Assembly: GCA_964106915.2 (NCBI GenBank)
Contig: OZ066922.1
Reading direction: 5' to 3' (one strand)
Length of the DNA: 64,000 nucleotides
Source: Podarcis gaigeae
Lineage: Eukaryota
Below, piece after piece: positions 36,161 through 47,590 of this stretch. The translations under genes and the position numbers were made by a program. Position 1 is the stretch's first letter; each line of letters begins with the position of its first letter. The notes beneath the pieces are model-generated. The model saw only the letters and a program-made list of their open reading frames with translations. It was not told the DNA's origin and did no database searches.

Positions 36161-38534
36161 AACTCTTGTGTGTGTGTGTGTGTTTTCAATAATTTTTAAA
36201 AAATATTTTTGCAGTCATTATGGATTATACCCTTTTACAGGTCCATAATTAGCATGACAGAAGGGAAATCAGGAGCAATGCTTTGCTCTTTTTTCAGATT
36301 AGAAAAATGGAAAGTGTCCATAGAAAAGGCCAGATGGCATTAAATTGTTTTAAATCACCAACCAAATATGTCCTTCACTTGGACTAAGCTATTTTCTAAA
36401 AGCAGTTAAAAGTCATGGGGTTGGAAGGACTGCTTCAGAATCCAACCCTCTGCAACAAGATGTTTCAGACATAACATATGCAACAATTCAGCCCTCGTGC
36501 CTAAATTGCAGTGTGTGAGACACGCTTTAAATGCCTTCAGCTGTTGAGCTATAGAAGATTCTTTTTTTGTGTGACAAGTTAAACAAATTATATGGAAGAA
36601 AATTTTGGTGTGGTGTTTTTACCACCATGAAGAGATTTTAATTGTTTCAGCAGATATAGATACGGAGTAGGTAAGAGAAGACCCCAAAAAACAATCTCAA
36701 TTGCCTAATAAAGAATGAGGACTATTAGGAAAACTATGGCACCACGCAAAAGTAGCAAATGGACAGGGAAAAATCAACTTTTTATGTTATCATGGAGACG
36801 GTTTATTAACTTTGCAGAAATCAACACACACATAGCAAGGTAGTTAAATAAGTTTGAAGCTTTTCATCTCTCCTAATATTACAAAAATAAACCAAATTAA
36901 GTAGTTAGATTTGAATTTTAATGACTATTTTTATGTGAAGTTTTTCCTATTATTTCCTGTAGAAGTTGCAAAAGATTGGTTTGACTTGATGATCTGTATT
37001 TATTTTTTCCTGTAAAAGAATTGCCATTGTACCTGATTTTAGAAGAGAAATAAAACAATTTAGGTTTTTTTTAAAAAAAGTATCATCAAATTAAAAAGAA
37101 GCTGTGAGGTAGCCTGATTAGCAGGAGAATATCTGAACTTAACTGATAACATTTAAAATTTATCCAGGCATTTGCATATAGCTAACAGATGTTAGCAAGG
37201 ACAGGTGGTCTTCTGTGCTCTTTATAATACACCAGATTTCTATCCATTCTGAGGATTAATGCTAAAACAGCAAACCACTGATGAGACTGCAGTAAATAAC
37301 AAAGTTGATAGATTACATTGCAGGCTTAAAAACAGCCACTAATTTCCTTACCTGTACTTCGTTAAAAAAACTGTTTCCATGCACTCATGATTGAAAGCTT
37401 TTATGAAGTTGATATTTTATTTCCTCTAAAAGATTATTATAAGTATGTGTGTGTGTCCATGGCGTAGAAAATATTTTTATTTGCTAAGCTGTCATAGCAA
37501 CTGCACACTGTTCTGTGCCTCATTCAGTGGGAAAGCAGTTGGGGAGAGATTACTAATGCTGGCATCAGTCTGTCTTGAGAGACAATGGCCATCAGGAGTG
37601 CTATCCAGGAGGTACAGTCAAACTGCTGGAGAGTTATAGCGCCTGCTGTGGCAGTAGAGACCAATACAGGAGAGACATGTTTTATTGCAGCTGGGGCAGG
37701 TGAAGGTGCCTGGTTTTGTTGTTCCAGGTACACCATGGTGTTTCTTCTCTCTGTGCTCCTCCCAGCGGTTTAGATTACTAAATGTGCATTAACAAGAATG
37801 TTTATTCATTTGAGTCCTGGGCTGAACGTTCCCCAAGGAGATCTTTCAGCCACATTTGGGAGGTGGGAAATTACTTCATTATGTTTGCATTTGGCTGCCT
37901 TGTGGAGGGTAGCAAAATAGCACTATCGCTCTGTCTAGCGATGTGGAGTCACACAAAGTGGGTTCTTGGAGACCAGTGCCATCCTCCCTTCTGAAACATA
38001 CACCACCAGTTATCAGTTGATGACCATTGAAAGGGGGTGTTGCTTGCGCCCCACCACTGCTAAGCCCCTTCCCTGTATCTTTTAAACTTAACTCATTTCC
38101 TGCCTGGTGCCAAAATATTCCCCTCCTCATTTTTGCTAGCTGTTAGCAGGTTGCTTAAAATGTTTGTGCGTATTGGGAGGTGAGAGATTTAACAAGCCTA
38201 ATTGATTTAGCAAGAGCTCCATATCAATCAGCTCCATGCTGATTCAAGGGTAGTCATAAGCCTCAACAGAGCTTCTCCATATCGATAAGTTCTGATCAGG
38301 CTTATGACTACACTCTCATCAGCATGCAGTCCTTTCCCCCAAGTTCTCCTCCACCCCACCCCACCCGGTTTCTGTGGTAGCTGTTTTTGACTCTAGAAAC
38401 AGATAGGGCCATTTAACAAGCATCACAGTTGCTTCTCTGGTTGAAGCGGAGAGAAAGTGCCTCTTCCTATGACTTGAGCAATCTCAAAGCTGTGACAAAA
38501 AGCGAGGTCCTACACATGGTTCTGCTATTTTTTA

Positions 38535-38656
38535 ATCACAGAATTATAGAGTTGGAAGGGACCATGCAGGTCATCTAGTTCAACCCCTTGCAATGCAGGA
38601 ATCTCAAATAAGCATCCATGACAGATGGCCATCTGACCTCTGCTTAAAAACCTCTG
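38535..38656 (-). mobile_element. CR1 LINE 3' terminus
   Basis: ATCACAGAATTATAGAGTTGGAAGGGACC...GGTCATCTAGTTCAACCCC is the inverted CR1 tail. Similar tails lie at about 18925-18990 (+) and 58050-58120 (-). Confidence 0.8.
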
Positions 38657-38707
38657 ATGTGCATCTGTGTATATCATGGGATTTTTGACTGCATGTACTT
38701 TATGTGT

Positions 38708-39070
38708 GGGACGCAGGTGGCGCTGTGGGTTAAAGCCTCAGCGCCTAGGACTTGCCGATCGAAAGGTCGGCGGTTCGAATCCCTGCGGCGGGGTGCGCTC
38801 CAGTCGTTCGGTTCCAGCGCCTGCCAACCTAGCAGTTCGAAAGCACCCCCGGGTGCAAGTAGATAAATAGGGACCGCTTACCAGCAGGAAGGTAAACGGC
38901 GTTTCCGTGTGCGGCTCTGGCTCGCCAGAGCAGCGATGTCACACTGGCCACGTGACCCGGAAGTGTCTCCGGACAGCGCTGGCCCCTGGCCTCTTGAGTG
39001 AGATGGGCGCACAACCCCAGAGTCTGGCAAGACTGGCCCGTATGGGCAGGGGTACCTTTACCTTTACCTT
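38708..39070 (+). mobile_element. Sauria SINE, full length, distinct subfamily
   Basis: Head GGGACGCAGGTGGCGCTG, (ACCTTT)n tail, 12-bp TSD TACTTTATGTGT, and diagnostic differences from the other copies. Confidence 0.95.
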
Positions 39071-39198
39071 TACTTTATGTGTGGTCCAGTTCACATAGAC
39101 ACACCAAGCTGAATGAATCCTTCCTGCACTGGTGTTATCTGGTGTTGTTACAATTGCAACGTAAAATATCTGAGGTGTTATGGGTCCAGTCAGGTATA

Positions 39199-39436
39199 CT
39201 GTGGTACCTCGGGTTACATATGCTTCAGGTTACGCTTCAGGTTACACACTTCGCTAACCCAGAAATAGTGCTTCAGGTTAAGAACTTTGCTTCAGGATAA
39301 GAACAGAAATCGTGCTCCGGTGGTGCGGCAGCAGCAGGAGGCCCCATTAGCTAAAGTGGTGCTTCAGGTTAAGAACAGTTTCAGGTTAAGTACGGACCTC
39401 CGGAACTTATTAACTACTTAACCTGAGGTACCACTG
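39199..39436. mobile_element. Tigger-like MITE, family A
   Basis: TA|CTGTGGTACCTCGGGTTA...TAACCTGAGGTACCACTG|TA. Confidence 0.9.
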
Positions 39437-41693
39437 TATCTTACATATCCACCAAGAGAGAGCCAGGGAATGGATGCATTCAAGCTTAAATGACAAACAA
39501 TAAGAAAAGCCAGTATACTGTACTTTTGCTGTGATTACTTATTACCTCATAATAGTGATGTCAGTGCTATCAGCTCAGCTCAGTCACCTCTCCTCCTTTT
39601 CATGAAGTAGAGAGATGTGTGTCTTTACTACACATTCCTAATATGGAGACTTGTTTCATTGCATTGAGTGATTCCACTTTGTGGAACCAGTGACTCAGTA
39701 ATATTTTTAATCTATTCTAAAACTACCTTATCATTTAAATAGATCGATTAAAGCTTTTTAAAGCAGCTGTTCATGATAGCCTCAACAATTGCCTTGTATT
39801 TTGACATTTCCAGAGATTCAGAGTATAGACAACTTTGTTGTCCACCTGTCATCTTTCTCTAACTTATACCGTGTCCGTCAATTCAGTCAGAGAAACTTGC
39901 CTCCTGCACTCTAAACAGGCTTTCTACTGAACGTGATAGGCCTGTTCTCATTTTTCCACCATCTTTGAGTGGTTGCCCTTTGGCTGCTGTCAAAAGATGA
40001 ACAGTCGTCTCCAAAGCATCAGAAGCAGCTATGTATTTTAGATCTCCAAATACAACCAGAGGCTGGATTGAATGCTGTATCATAACCAGTCGCTTCCCTA
40101 ACATTTCTCATAACTAATTTCTATTACGGTGTAGTGCTAGGACAGTTCCAGAAATCATTAAAGCAAATCAGCTACAATTTTGTCCGTCTCCAGTTTATCC
40201 CATATCCCAATCGAAGACACAATCAATAATGGGTTTTCCTGAGATTTGTACAGCGTGTTAACCATGTAGCCATCATCAGACCCAAGCATTGTTTGCACAG
40301 CAATGCATGCTTGCTGAGAAATAGCCACACATGTTCTGAATCTAGAGATGCCAACTTCATCCAGTGCCCGTAGTTATCTCTTAAACACCAAGTTGATCTG
40401 CAGCAATTAAACAGGTAATAATGTATAGCTCCATGTCATTAAAAAAATTGCCTGCTCTTTTCAATAAACCAAACCTATCTTAAAGGCACAGGGGCAAACC
40501 AGGCTAATTTATTTCTGGCTGGTTGGCAGCTCTTTCTCTTAGGTAGGCGTAGAGAAAACGGTTTAACCTGTCCTCCCTAAATGTGATCTTTCCCACAAAA
40601 TAAGGTATATGGTTTCTAAATTGAACACCTTTGCAATTTGAACATAAAAAAAGAAATAAAGGATAAAAGAAAAAGTGTAGACATCTCTACAATTTATTTA
40701 TTATCTTTAAAATGTTATGCTGCATTTCTAAAAAAAACCCAAAATGAAATGAAATGTAACTACTTTGATCACAAAAGCAAAATGAGATCTACTACCAATA
40801 TAAGTTAGAACTAACCCAAAACTGCTTGTATTAGAATTTTTGAATGATTTTGAGAGGAGGTGGGGCAGAGAAGGTGATAATTACCTTTTTTTTTTGTATT
40901 TTCTAGGGGCAGAGTAAACATTTGGGGGAAAATATTCACAGGCACTCACATGGCCTCCATTCAGCTTGCTACCACTTGTCTTTTTTCTTGCCCAGATGCC
41001 TCTGAGCAGTGTTTCAGTCACTGCAAAAGCAGCTGTGTAAAGTGGAAGCAGATTCCAACTCAAACCTAGTAGCAGCATAAGAAAGAATGCAGGAAGCCCA
41101 AGGCTCTCTGAAAGCCTGGCAAAAAGGCCACCATGTTCGCCATTCACCTGGCTGTGTCATAATTTCTTATGCTTCCAGTTGGGTCAACTGGAGGTAGCCT
41201 CCCCAAGCGATCTTTATTCAGCCCACGTTCTGCTGTTTTGAATAGTGTACCCTCCCATGCAACCAGAATGCCAGGTTTTCAGACATCAGCAGCCAATGCC
41301 ACACCCCTTTTCATACTAAGGATCCCTTAATGACCATTCTCTTAGCAGTAGCATTGCCTTTAGTGTCAGAAATATACCAGAAAATAGTGGCTTTGGTTGC
41401 TGATACACACCCAAATTGCAGCTTTTCAAGTGGGCATATAAACACAATGGCACCAAATGCTTGGCACCGAACGATGAGTCACTTTGTAGGCCTGTGTCTC
41501 TGATTCTGAATGCAGTTATGTAAGGGAGCCATTTCAGAATTTAAAAAACCTTGGAATAGCTCAGAAATCAAATTCTGTGTCTTCAATTTCATGTGATTCT
41601 AGCCAACCTGGCGACCTTTAGAAGTTGTTGGACTACAGTTCCCATAATCCCTAAGCATTAGCCATCTTGGCGACAGCTAATGAGTGTTGCAGT

Positions 41694-41894
41694 CAGGGCC
41701 GGCCCACCTATGAGGCAAGTTGAGGCAACCACCTCAGGTGGCAGGATCCACAAGGACATCCAATCCCAATGCAGATCTTTATTCCCCTCTTTGTTCCCGA
41801 TGTAGATCTTCACTCACCCCTTCTTCCCTGGTTTGGAGGGGCGGCACCATTTTGTGGCCTACCTCAGGTGCTAAAATGTCTTGGGCCGGACCTG
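41694..41894. mobile_element. hAT MITE nested in an older palindromic MITE (about 41600-41910)
   Basis: TIRs CAGGGCCGGCCC / GGGCCGGACCTG and TSD GTTGCAGT/GTTGTAGT. The host arms GTTGGACTACAG and TTGTAGTCCAAC flank it. Confidence 0.85.
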
Positions 41895-42059
41895 GTTGTA
41901 GTCCAACAGAATTTGAATGGTACTCCATGGTTATAGCTGATATCAGCAAGACTGTGCTGTTTTGACTAGACCTCACCAGCATACTTGTGTGTCAATCGTT
42001 ATAGCTTGACTCTGCTATATTTTTCCCTCTCATTTCCTTATCTTATACATGTTTCCCAG

Positions 42060-42147
42060 GATAGCCCTCTGGTCTTACAGTCTGACAGGAATGTAACAGT
42101 GAATGCAAGAAACCACATGGGACAGTTAACGGGACAGCTGACTGTAG
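42060..42147 (+). CDS. SGCZ: Internal coding exon (88 nt, phase 0 to phase 1) of zeta-sarcoglycan, extracellular domain
   Basis: A polypyrimidine tract ends in TTTCCCAG (AG at 42058-42059). The exon reads DSPLVLQSDRNVTVNARNHMGQLTGQLTV-G and is followed by the donor GTAAGT at 42148. The peptide matches my recollection of vertebrate SGCZ (DSPLVLQSDRNVTVNARNHMGQLTGQLTIG) and is clearly different from the SGCG and SGCD paralogous segments. It contains the conserved N-V-T glycosylation sequon. Confidence 0.95.
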
Positions 42148-44260
42148 GTAAGTCTTATTCTCTAATGAAGCTTTTGTGTATCATGTTAAGATTGCAGACA
42201 CCATTTCTTTTAAATATAGTGTGTAGCAGGAAGGATGCAGGAAAGGATTAACCAAGTTCAGTGCACTCTAAATGTCCTTAGCTGCAATTTTAGCAGAATT
42301 TAGCTCTGCAATGGTAATTCAATAAAAAAAGATAATCTATCCCAACAAATAATTGATCGGATAAAATGAGGATTAACCCTATTAGAAAATCTTATTGCAC
42401 TTCAACCTTTTCACAGGCAGATTAATCTAGAATTCTTCTAGCCTTTTAGTAAAGCGAGTTATAATTTTCATGCCACAGCAATGGTACAAAATGTGTGGGA
42501 ATTATTTGCTAATATCAGAGGATTTTCTTTTATGATTATGAACACAAAACTCACAGCCTCTTCAAGAAAGAGGGAAAACATTCTGAACACAGTCTCAGTA
42601 AGATACTGGGGAGGATAGGAAGCCTTTGGACTGTATTTCCACATATCGTGGGAATGTTGTTCAGAAAAATAAGCATTTACTTTTAGACATCATGTGTTGT
42701 ATTGCAGAGTGTGCATGTAAATATATGTGGGTGTGTAACAACAGGATTTCCAAATCAGAAAGCTTGCTTCCCTCTCCAATTTTATTAATTATAGCCAAAA
42801 TAATTAGCACACTGCTGGAGATGAGAGCCACAGTGTCACTGTAACAGTGGTTCTGCCACTTTTGGGATATATTAGTGGCGGAGGAAATAACTTTGCTCTT
42901 TGAACGACAAATCATCAAGTAATCAGATATCAGGTGATGCATGTGCCTATTTTCAATCTGCCTCATTATCCTCTGTTGGTTTGGAGTGCTCTTTGTTCTT
43001 CTTCATTTATAGTTACGTTTTATAATGCTGAGTTAGTATGGAACTTTAACAGGTCTCCCCCCCCCAAAAAAAAGAGATACAGATTTTTTTTAGTAAGAAG
43101 AATCTTTCAATTCTGCAGAAAAACACATAGAAAACCTTTACTGCATATTTAAATAATGACGTCCCTTGTGAGCATATGCCATGCAGTATGTTAGGTTTTT
43201 ATTAATGTTCAGGGAGAATTTCTATGGTTCAGAATGATTTTTATCATAAATCATCCTCTGATGTCAGGGTACTGTTCTTCTTTACAATTCTGTCATTCCC
43301 AGTTGTCCCAATTCAGTTGCTATCATTGCAGTGGCTTTATTGTAATGCCATCTCAAATATTTTTTAGTGGTCACTTTACATATTAAAAGGATTGCAATAT
43401 TTAGTTGATTAATCTGTTAGATTAATCAACTAAAATCTCCTAAGAGGCAATGCATTTCTGTGTGTTTCAAATAATGTCAACTATTTTAATACAAGTACTT
43501 GTAAAAAAAACCCTTTGTATTCATCACCTTACAAGCAAAGACCCCTTTCCCCCTGTTCTTCAGAATTGTTATTTTGTTCATATGGAAACACCTGCAGATT
43601 TAATGGATGAGTTAACTGATTGAAACTTATATCAACTAGCATTTCTAAAGCAGCAAATTTAATTGAGACCACAAGATCCGTCACTAGACTGATGGTTTTT
43701 GACTAGTGAGTTTTGAAAATTACAACAAATAATCATGTTCTATAAGCAATCTCCTAAATCCAAAAACCTTAGCCAGTTAATGAGCAGAGAAGACACTGCC
43801 CACTTTTGAAAGGCAACACAAGTAAACATCTTAGTTTCTCTGATCATCTCTGTTAGCTTTTGACTCCTGCTGCCAGACATAAGAGGTCCAGGGGAGGGTG
43901 TTTGCGTGGCTATTCCCTCCCCTCCCACAAGTGTGATAAATAAAGACACCGGACACAAGAGTTTAGAGTTAATGGGCGAAAATGGCCACAACTTTATTGA
44001 TTACAGGTATGAGAGGTATTGGCTTAGGCATTGGCCCCTAACCGACTATCCGGTCTAACCGGGAAGGGTTAAACACCAACAGGGGGAGCTACCCGAGATG
44101 CGTATCCCTAGGCGCTCCCCGAGGGGTTACCGCTCGGGGGCGCGCTTTAGGCCCTAGCCTCCGTAGGTTTCGGACGAGGCGACGCCCCTCGGAGTCCTTT
44201 AACGAACTACCCTTCAAGCATTGGGGGAGGTGATGGCGCTCCTCCCCCCCCCCCGTCCTC

Positions 44261-44275
44261 ATTTGCATAACAATA
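44261..44275. promoter_or_regulatory. OCT4-SOX2 composite motif match
   Basis: ATTTGCATAACAATA versus the canonical ATTTGCATAACAATG (14/15). This is a motif match only; function is untested. Confidence 0.55.
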
Positions 44276-44509
44276 CCCCGGCCAATGCCTACCGCCAAAA
44301 CCAAGGGAGTTGTGACGATTTGCTACGAGGTAGGCAAAAAAACCAAGTGGCTTCCACATGCCAATTAGCCAAATGGAAAAACTCCTACCAGGCCCCTTGC
44401 GGCGACCAGCCGAAGCCCATAGCAAGTCGATGGCGAAGCCTAAAGGGCGGGTGGGCGGGAAACCAGGATCGCTGCAAGGGGAGAAAAGGGGCGAGCCGAG
44501 GGCTGCCCC

Positions 44510-44581
44510 AACCTTAAGTGGCCTATTGAAGGCCCGCCCCCGCCGCCAGCCGATTGGCTGGTGCCGCGGGGGGATGCAAAT
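44510..44581 (-). promoter_or_regulatory. Putative Pol II promoter of the element (octamer, CCAAT box, GC box, TATA-like)
   Basis: On the minus strand, in order: ATTTGCAT (44581-44574), CAGCCAATCGG, GGGGGCGGG, then CACTTAAGG. Confidence 0.45.
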
Positions 44582-45692
44582 TGAGGGAATCCCCGCTTCC
44601 CGCGAGGCTGGGGCTAGCCTCGCGGGAGTGTGGGGCGGGATCGGGAGCCCGCAACCCCCCCTCCTCATGAAATCGGTAGTGGCATTATAAACCTCTTTTC
44701 CTTCATGGCCACTCAAGAAAATGACTTCAGACCCTACCTTGAAAAACTGCCAGTATACTATGGGACTGTAGCAAGACCTTAATCCTACTCTCTTGATTAT
44801 CCCTTTCTTTTCCAATGGGGTTTTTTTTATTGGGGGGGGGGTGTGAGTCTCACTGTTCATTATCTTGTTTTCTGCAAAAAGCCTTTTTGAGTACATATAA
44901 TGTACATATAATATTCATTTAAGATTAAGGGGGAAAGGGCTTCTCGGATAGGAGGTCTGGAGCCTGCTACCTCTCTCTTTTTTAGAAATGAATTGCTGAG
45001 CTTTCCCCCCCTTCATCTGATGAAGGGATTGTTGTTTTGTTCATATAGTTATTCTACCTGAGGCATGGCAGTGTAATATGCAAAGACACAGCATCTGTGA
45101 TGATTGCCCTAAACGGTTGTGTCAAAGGCAGCCAGGCATGGTGGCAGATACAAATGGATGCAAATTAAGCCAGCACCTTTCCTAGCCATTTTGCACTTGC
45201 TGCTTCTGGTAAATACATTATTTAAACATTTAGCTCTAGCGGTATTTAAAGTTAGGTTTCTTCTGACACTCAATTGAATGCAATATAGGGAAGCAATCTG
45301 AAACTCAGATTGAAGGAATGGCAATTTGTTGAGTTTTACCCTGCAAGTGTGACTAAATAGGTGTGAGAGCAGCGTCCAGTTGGCTTGACAATACAGTGTT
45401 TGCACTTAATCCTCTAAATAGTTCAGATGCTTTAAAGCAACACATGTTCTCTTGTTAGTCATTACTGCAAACACCTGTGAACTATTTAATTAGCCATCGC
45501 AGTTGGTGCAGATTGTCGGAGGAGTCTACTGATTAAAATGTATCATAGTTACGTTCCATTTCACTTCTCTTGCTTTCTAATTCTGGTGAAATCTCTGCAG
45601 GGTCAGTTTACTTTTCAATAGTATCAAGCCCTCAAAGTTACCTCAGTCATAAGTGCAATCTGGCTGTGGGGAGGTATGTAAGCATCTGTAAA

Positions 45693-46047
45693 AGTAAAGG
45701 TAAAGGGACCCCTGACCATTAGGTCCAGTCGTGGCCGACTCTGGGGTTGCGGCGCTCATCTCGCTTTATTGGCCGAGGGAGCCGGCGTAAAGCTTCCGTG
45801 TCATGTGGACAGCATGACTAAGCCACTTCTGGCGAACCAGAGCAGCGCACGGAAACGCCGTTTACCTTCCCGCTGGAGATAAAACCTATTTATCTACTTG
45901 CCCTTTGATGTGCTTTTGAACTGCTAGGTTGGCAGGAGCGGGGACTGAGCAATGGGAGCTCACCCCGTTGCGGGGATTCGAACAGCCGACCTTCTGATCG
46001 GCAAGTCCTAGGCTCTGTGGTTTAACCCACAGCGCCACCCGCATCCC
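45693..46047 (-). mobile_element. Sauria SINE, full length
   Basis: Runs from a GTAAAGGTAAAGG tail to the GCATCCC head; approximately 18-bp TSD TATGTAAGCATCTGTAAA / TATGCAGGCATCTGTAAA. Confidence 0.95.
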
Positions 46048-46916
46048 TTATGCAGGCATCTGTAAACACCCTCTAAAACTCGGTACAATCGGATTGCAGT
46101 TACAAAGGCTCATGGGATTTCTTGCTGGTTTTGCACCATTTTTGCAGTTTTCCTGCTCTTTGGGGGGCTGGACAGTTGTTGTTTTGTGCTTTTCACACTA
46201 TTTTTCAGTTTAAATCAATTTATTTAATTTTCCCCCAGCGCCACACATATACATAGTTGTGCACGACTTGAACGAAGCTAAGTGAGGAGATGCTGCACAC
46301 CTGCCATTTCCACAGCACGTTGGGAATGTTCAGAGCACTTTGTATAGCGCATGTACTAAGTCACAAGAGGCCTGCACCAAAACAGTGCAGTGAGACATAC
46401 TCTTGTTCAGTATGCGAGCCAGCCAGTCATGTATTCTGTATGGATGCCCCATTCCATTCTCTCCCCACCCTATTTTCTGTTGTCCTGCCCCACCTCCCAC
46501 CAGTCAACTTACTGTGCCCACTGAACATTTTCAGTCCTCACTGGGCTGGGTTTTTGGGGAAGGAGGTGTGTTCTTAATATATTTTTGTTCCCCCATGACT
46601 CCCACATGGATGATACTGTTTGCGATACATAAGGATCCACATTCAGAGAATAACTTCACTGATAGCATAGCAGATCTTTTCTATATCTGGTGCTTTATAT
46701 AATCTGTGGCTCTGTAGCTATCGTCAATGAATATAGATGAACTATTCTTTTCTTCTGTATAACATTTCGCCGCTAAATAAAGATAACAAAAATTGGAAGG
46801 AAAAAAATCCATAAGGACATTTTTGCAAAAATCCCTAGCTGATTTCAAAAGTCCTTTCTGGTCCAGCCTTCTTTCTCCAGTAGTAGCTAGGTGCATCTAG
46901 GAAGCTCACAAGCAGA

Positions 46917-46964
<48 letters not shown>
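46917..46964. repeat. (ATT)n microsatellite
   Basis: Perfect trinucleotide run. Confidence 0.97.
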
Positions 46965-46966
<2 letters not shown>

Positions 46967-47424
46967 ACTGTTCGCTTCTAGGAACTTATTTACTGAAGTA
47001 AACCTGAATATGGGAGATTCCATTTTGCTATCCATGCAAAAAGCCGTTGATACACTGCAACCCTAGACTCACCTCCCTGGGAGTAACTCCCATTGAACTC
47101 AGTAGAACTTCTAAGTGGACATGTGTGAGATTGTGCTATCCTCCTCCTTGAGTTTGCCTCATTCTCTTGGAAAGCCATCTATGGTTGTGGCCCTTACTAC
47201 ATCTATCAGGAGTTAATTCTGTTTCTTATAAGATCATTGTATGAAATAAGTGCAATCGTATGAATGATGGACAGCAGATTTCAGCCAATCATAAGGAAAC
47301 AACTTGATGGTAAGAGCAGTTTGACAGTGTGTGTAGAGGGAGAATGTGTAAATGTTGATACAAGACTGGGGTCAGATGGGCATTGGTGCTGGTTGACTGT
47401 CATCATAAGGTGAGACATAAGACA

Positions 47425-47590
47425 TAAAAACATAATAAGAGTCCTGCTGGATCAGACCAATGGTCTAGTAATTAGTCCAGTGGCCAACCAGATGCTTATG
47501 GGGACCCCACAAGTAAGCCATGAGCTTACCCAGCAATTGGTATTCAGAGAGAGATCTGAATCACAGCCATCATTATGGGTAGCCACACCA
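47425..47590 (-). mobile_element. Old CR1-type 3' end fragment
   Basis: CATAATAAGAGTCCTGCTGGATCAGACCAATGG...TAGTCCAG is an inverted CR1 terminal motif. Confidence 0.6.

Larger units (their letters stand above)
43902..44690 (-). mobile_element. Young CpG-rich non-coding element, unclassified (possibly a non-autonomous DIRS/Ngaro-type retroelement)
   Basis: Sharp GC/CpG island in an AT-rich intron with two homologues in the window. Promoter motifs sit at one end and CAATAAAGTTGTGGCC at the other (minus strand). I see no TG..CA ends and no TSD. The superfamily assignment is inference. Confidence 0.75.

Noticed and set aside
44207-44896. 229-aa ORF on the minus strand, the longest in the window
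   Set aside because: It crosses the element boundary, has a G/P/R-rich composition typical of GC-rich non-coding DNA, shows no recognisable domain, and the related copies show no matching ORF.
44998-45028. CCCTTCATCTGATGAAGGG palindrome containing CTGATGA, a possible hammerhead ribozyme
   Set aside because: There is no correctly placed stem II/GAAA/stem III on the strand carrying CTGATGA; at best it is a dead Penelope-like remnant.
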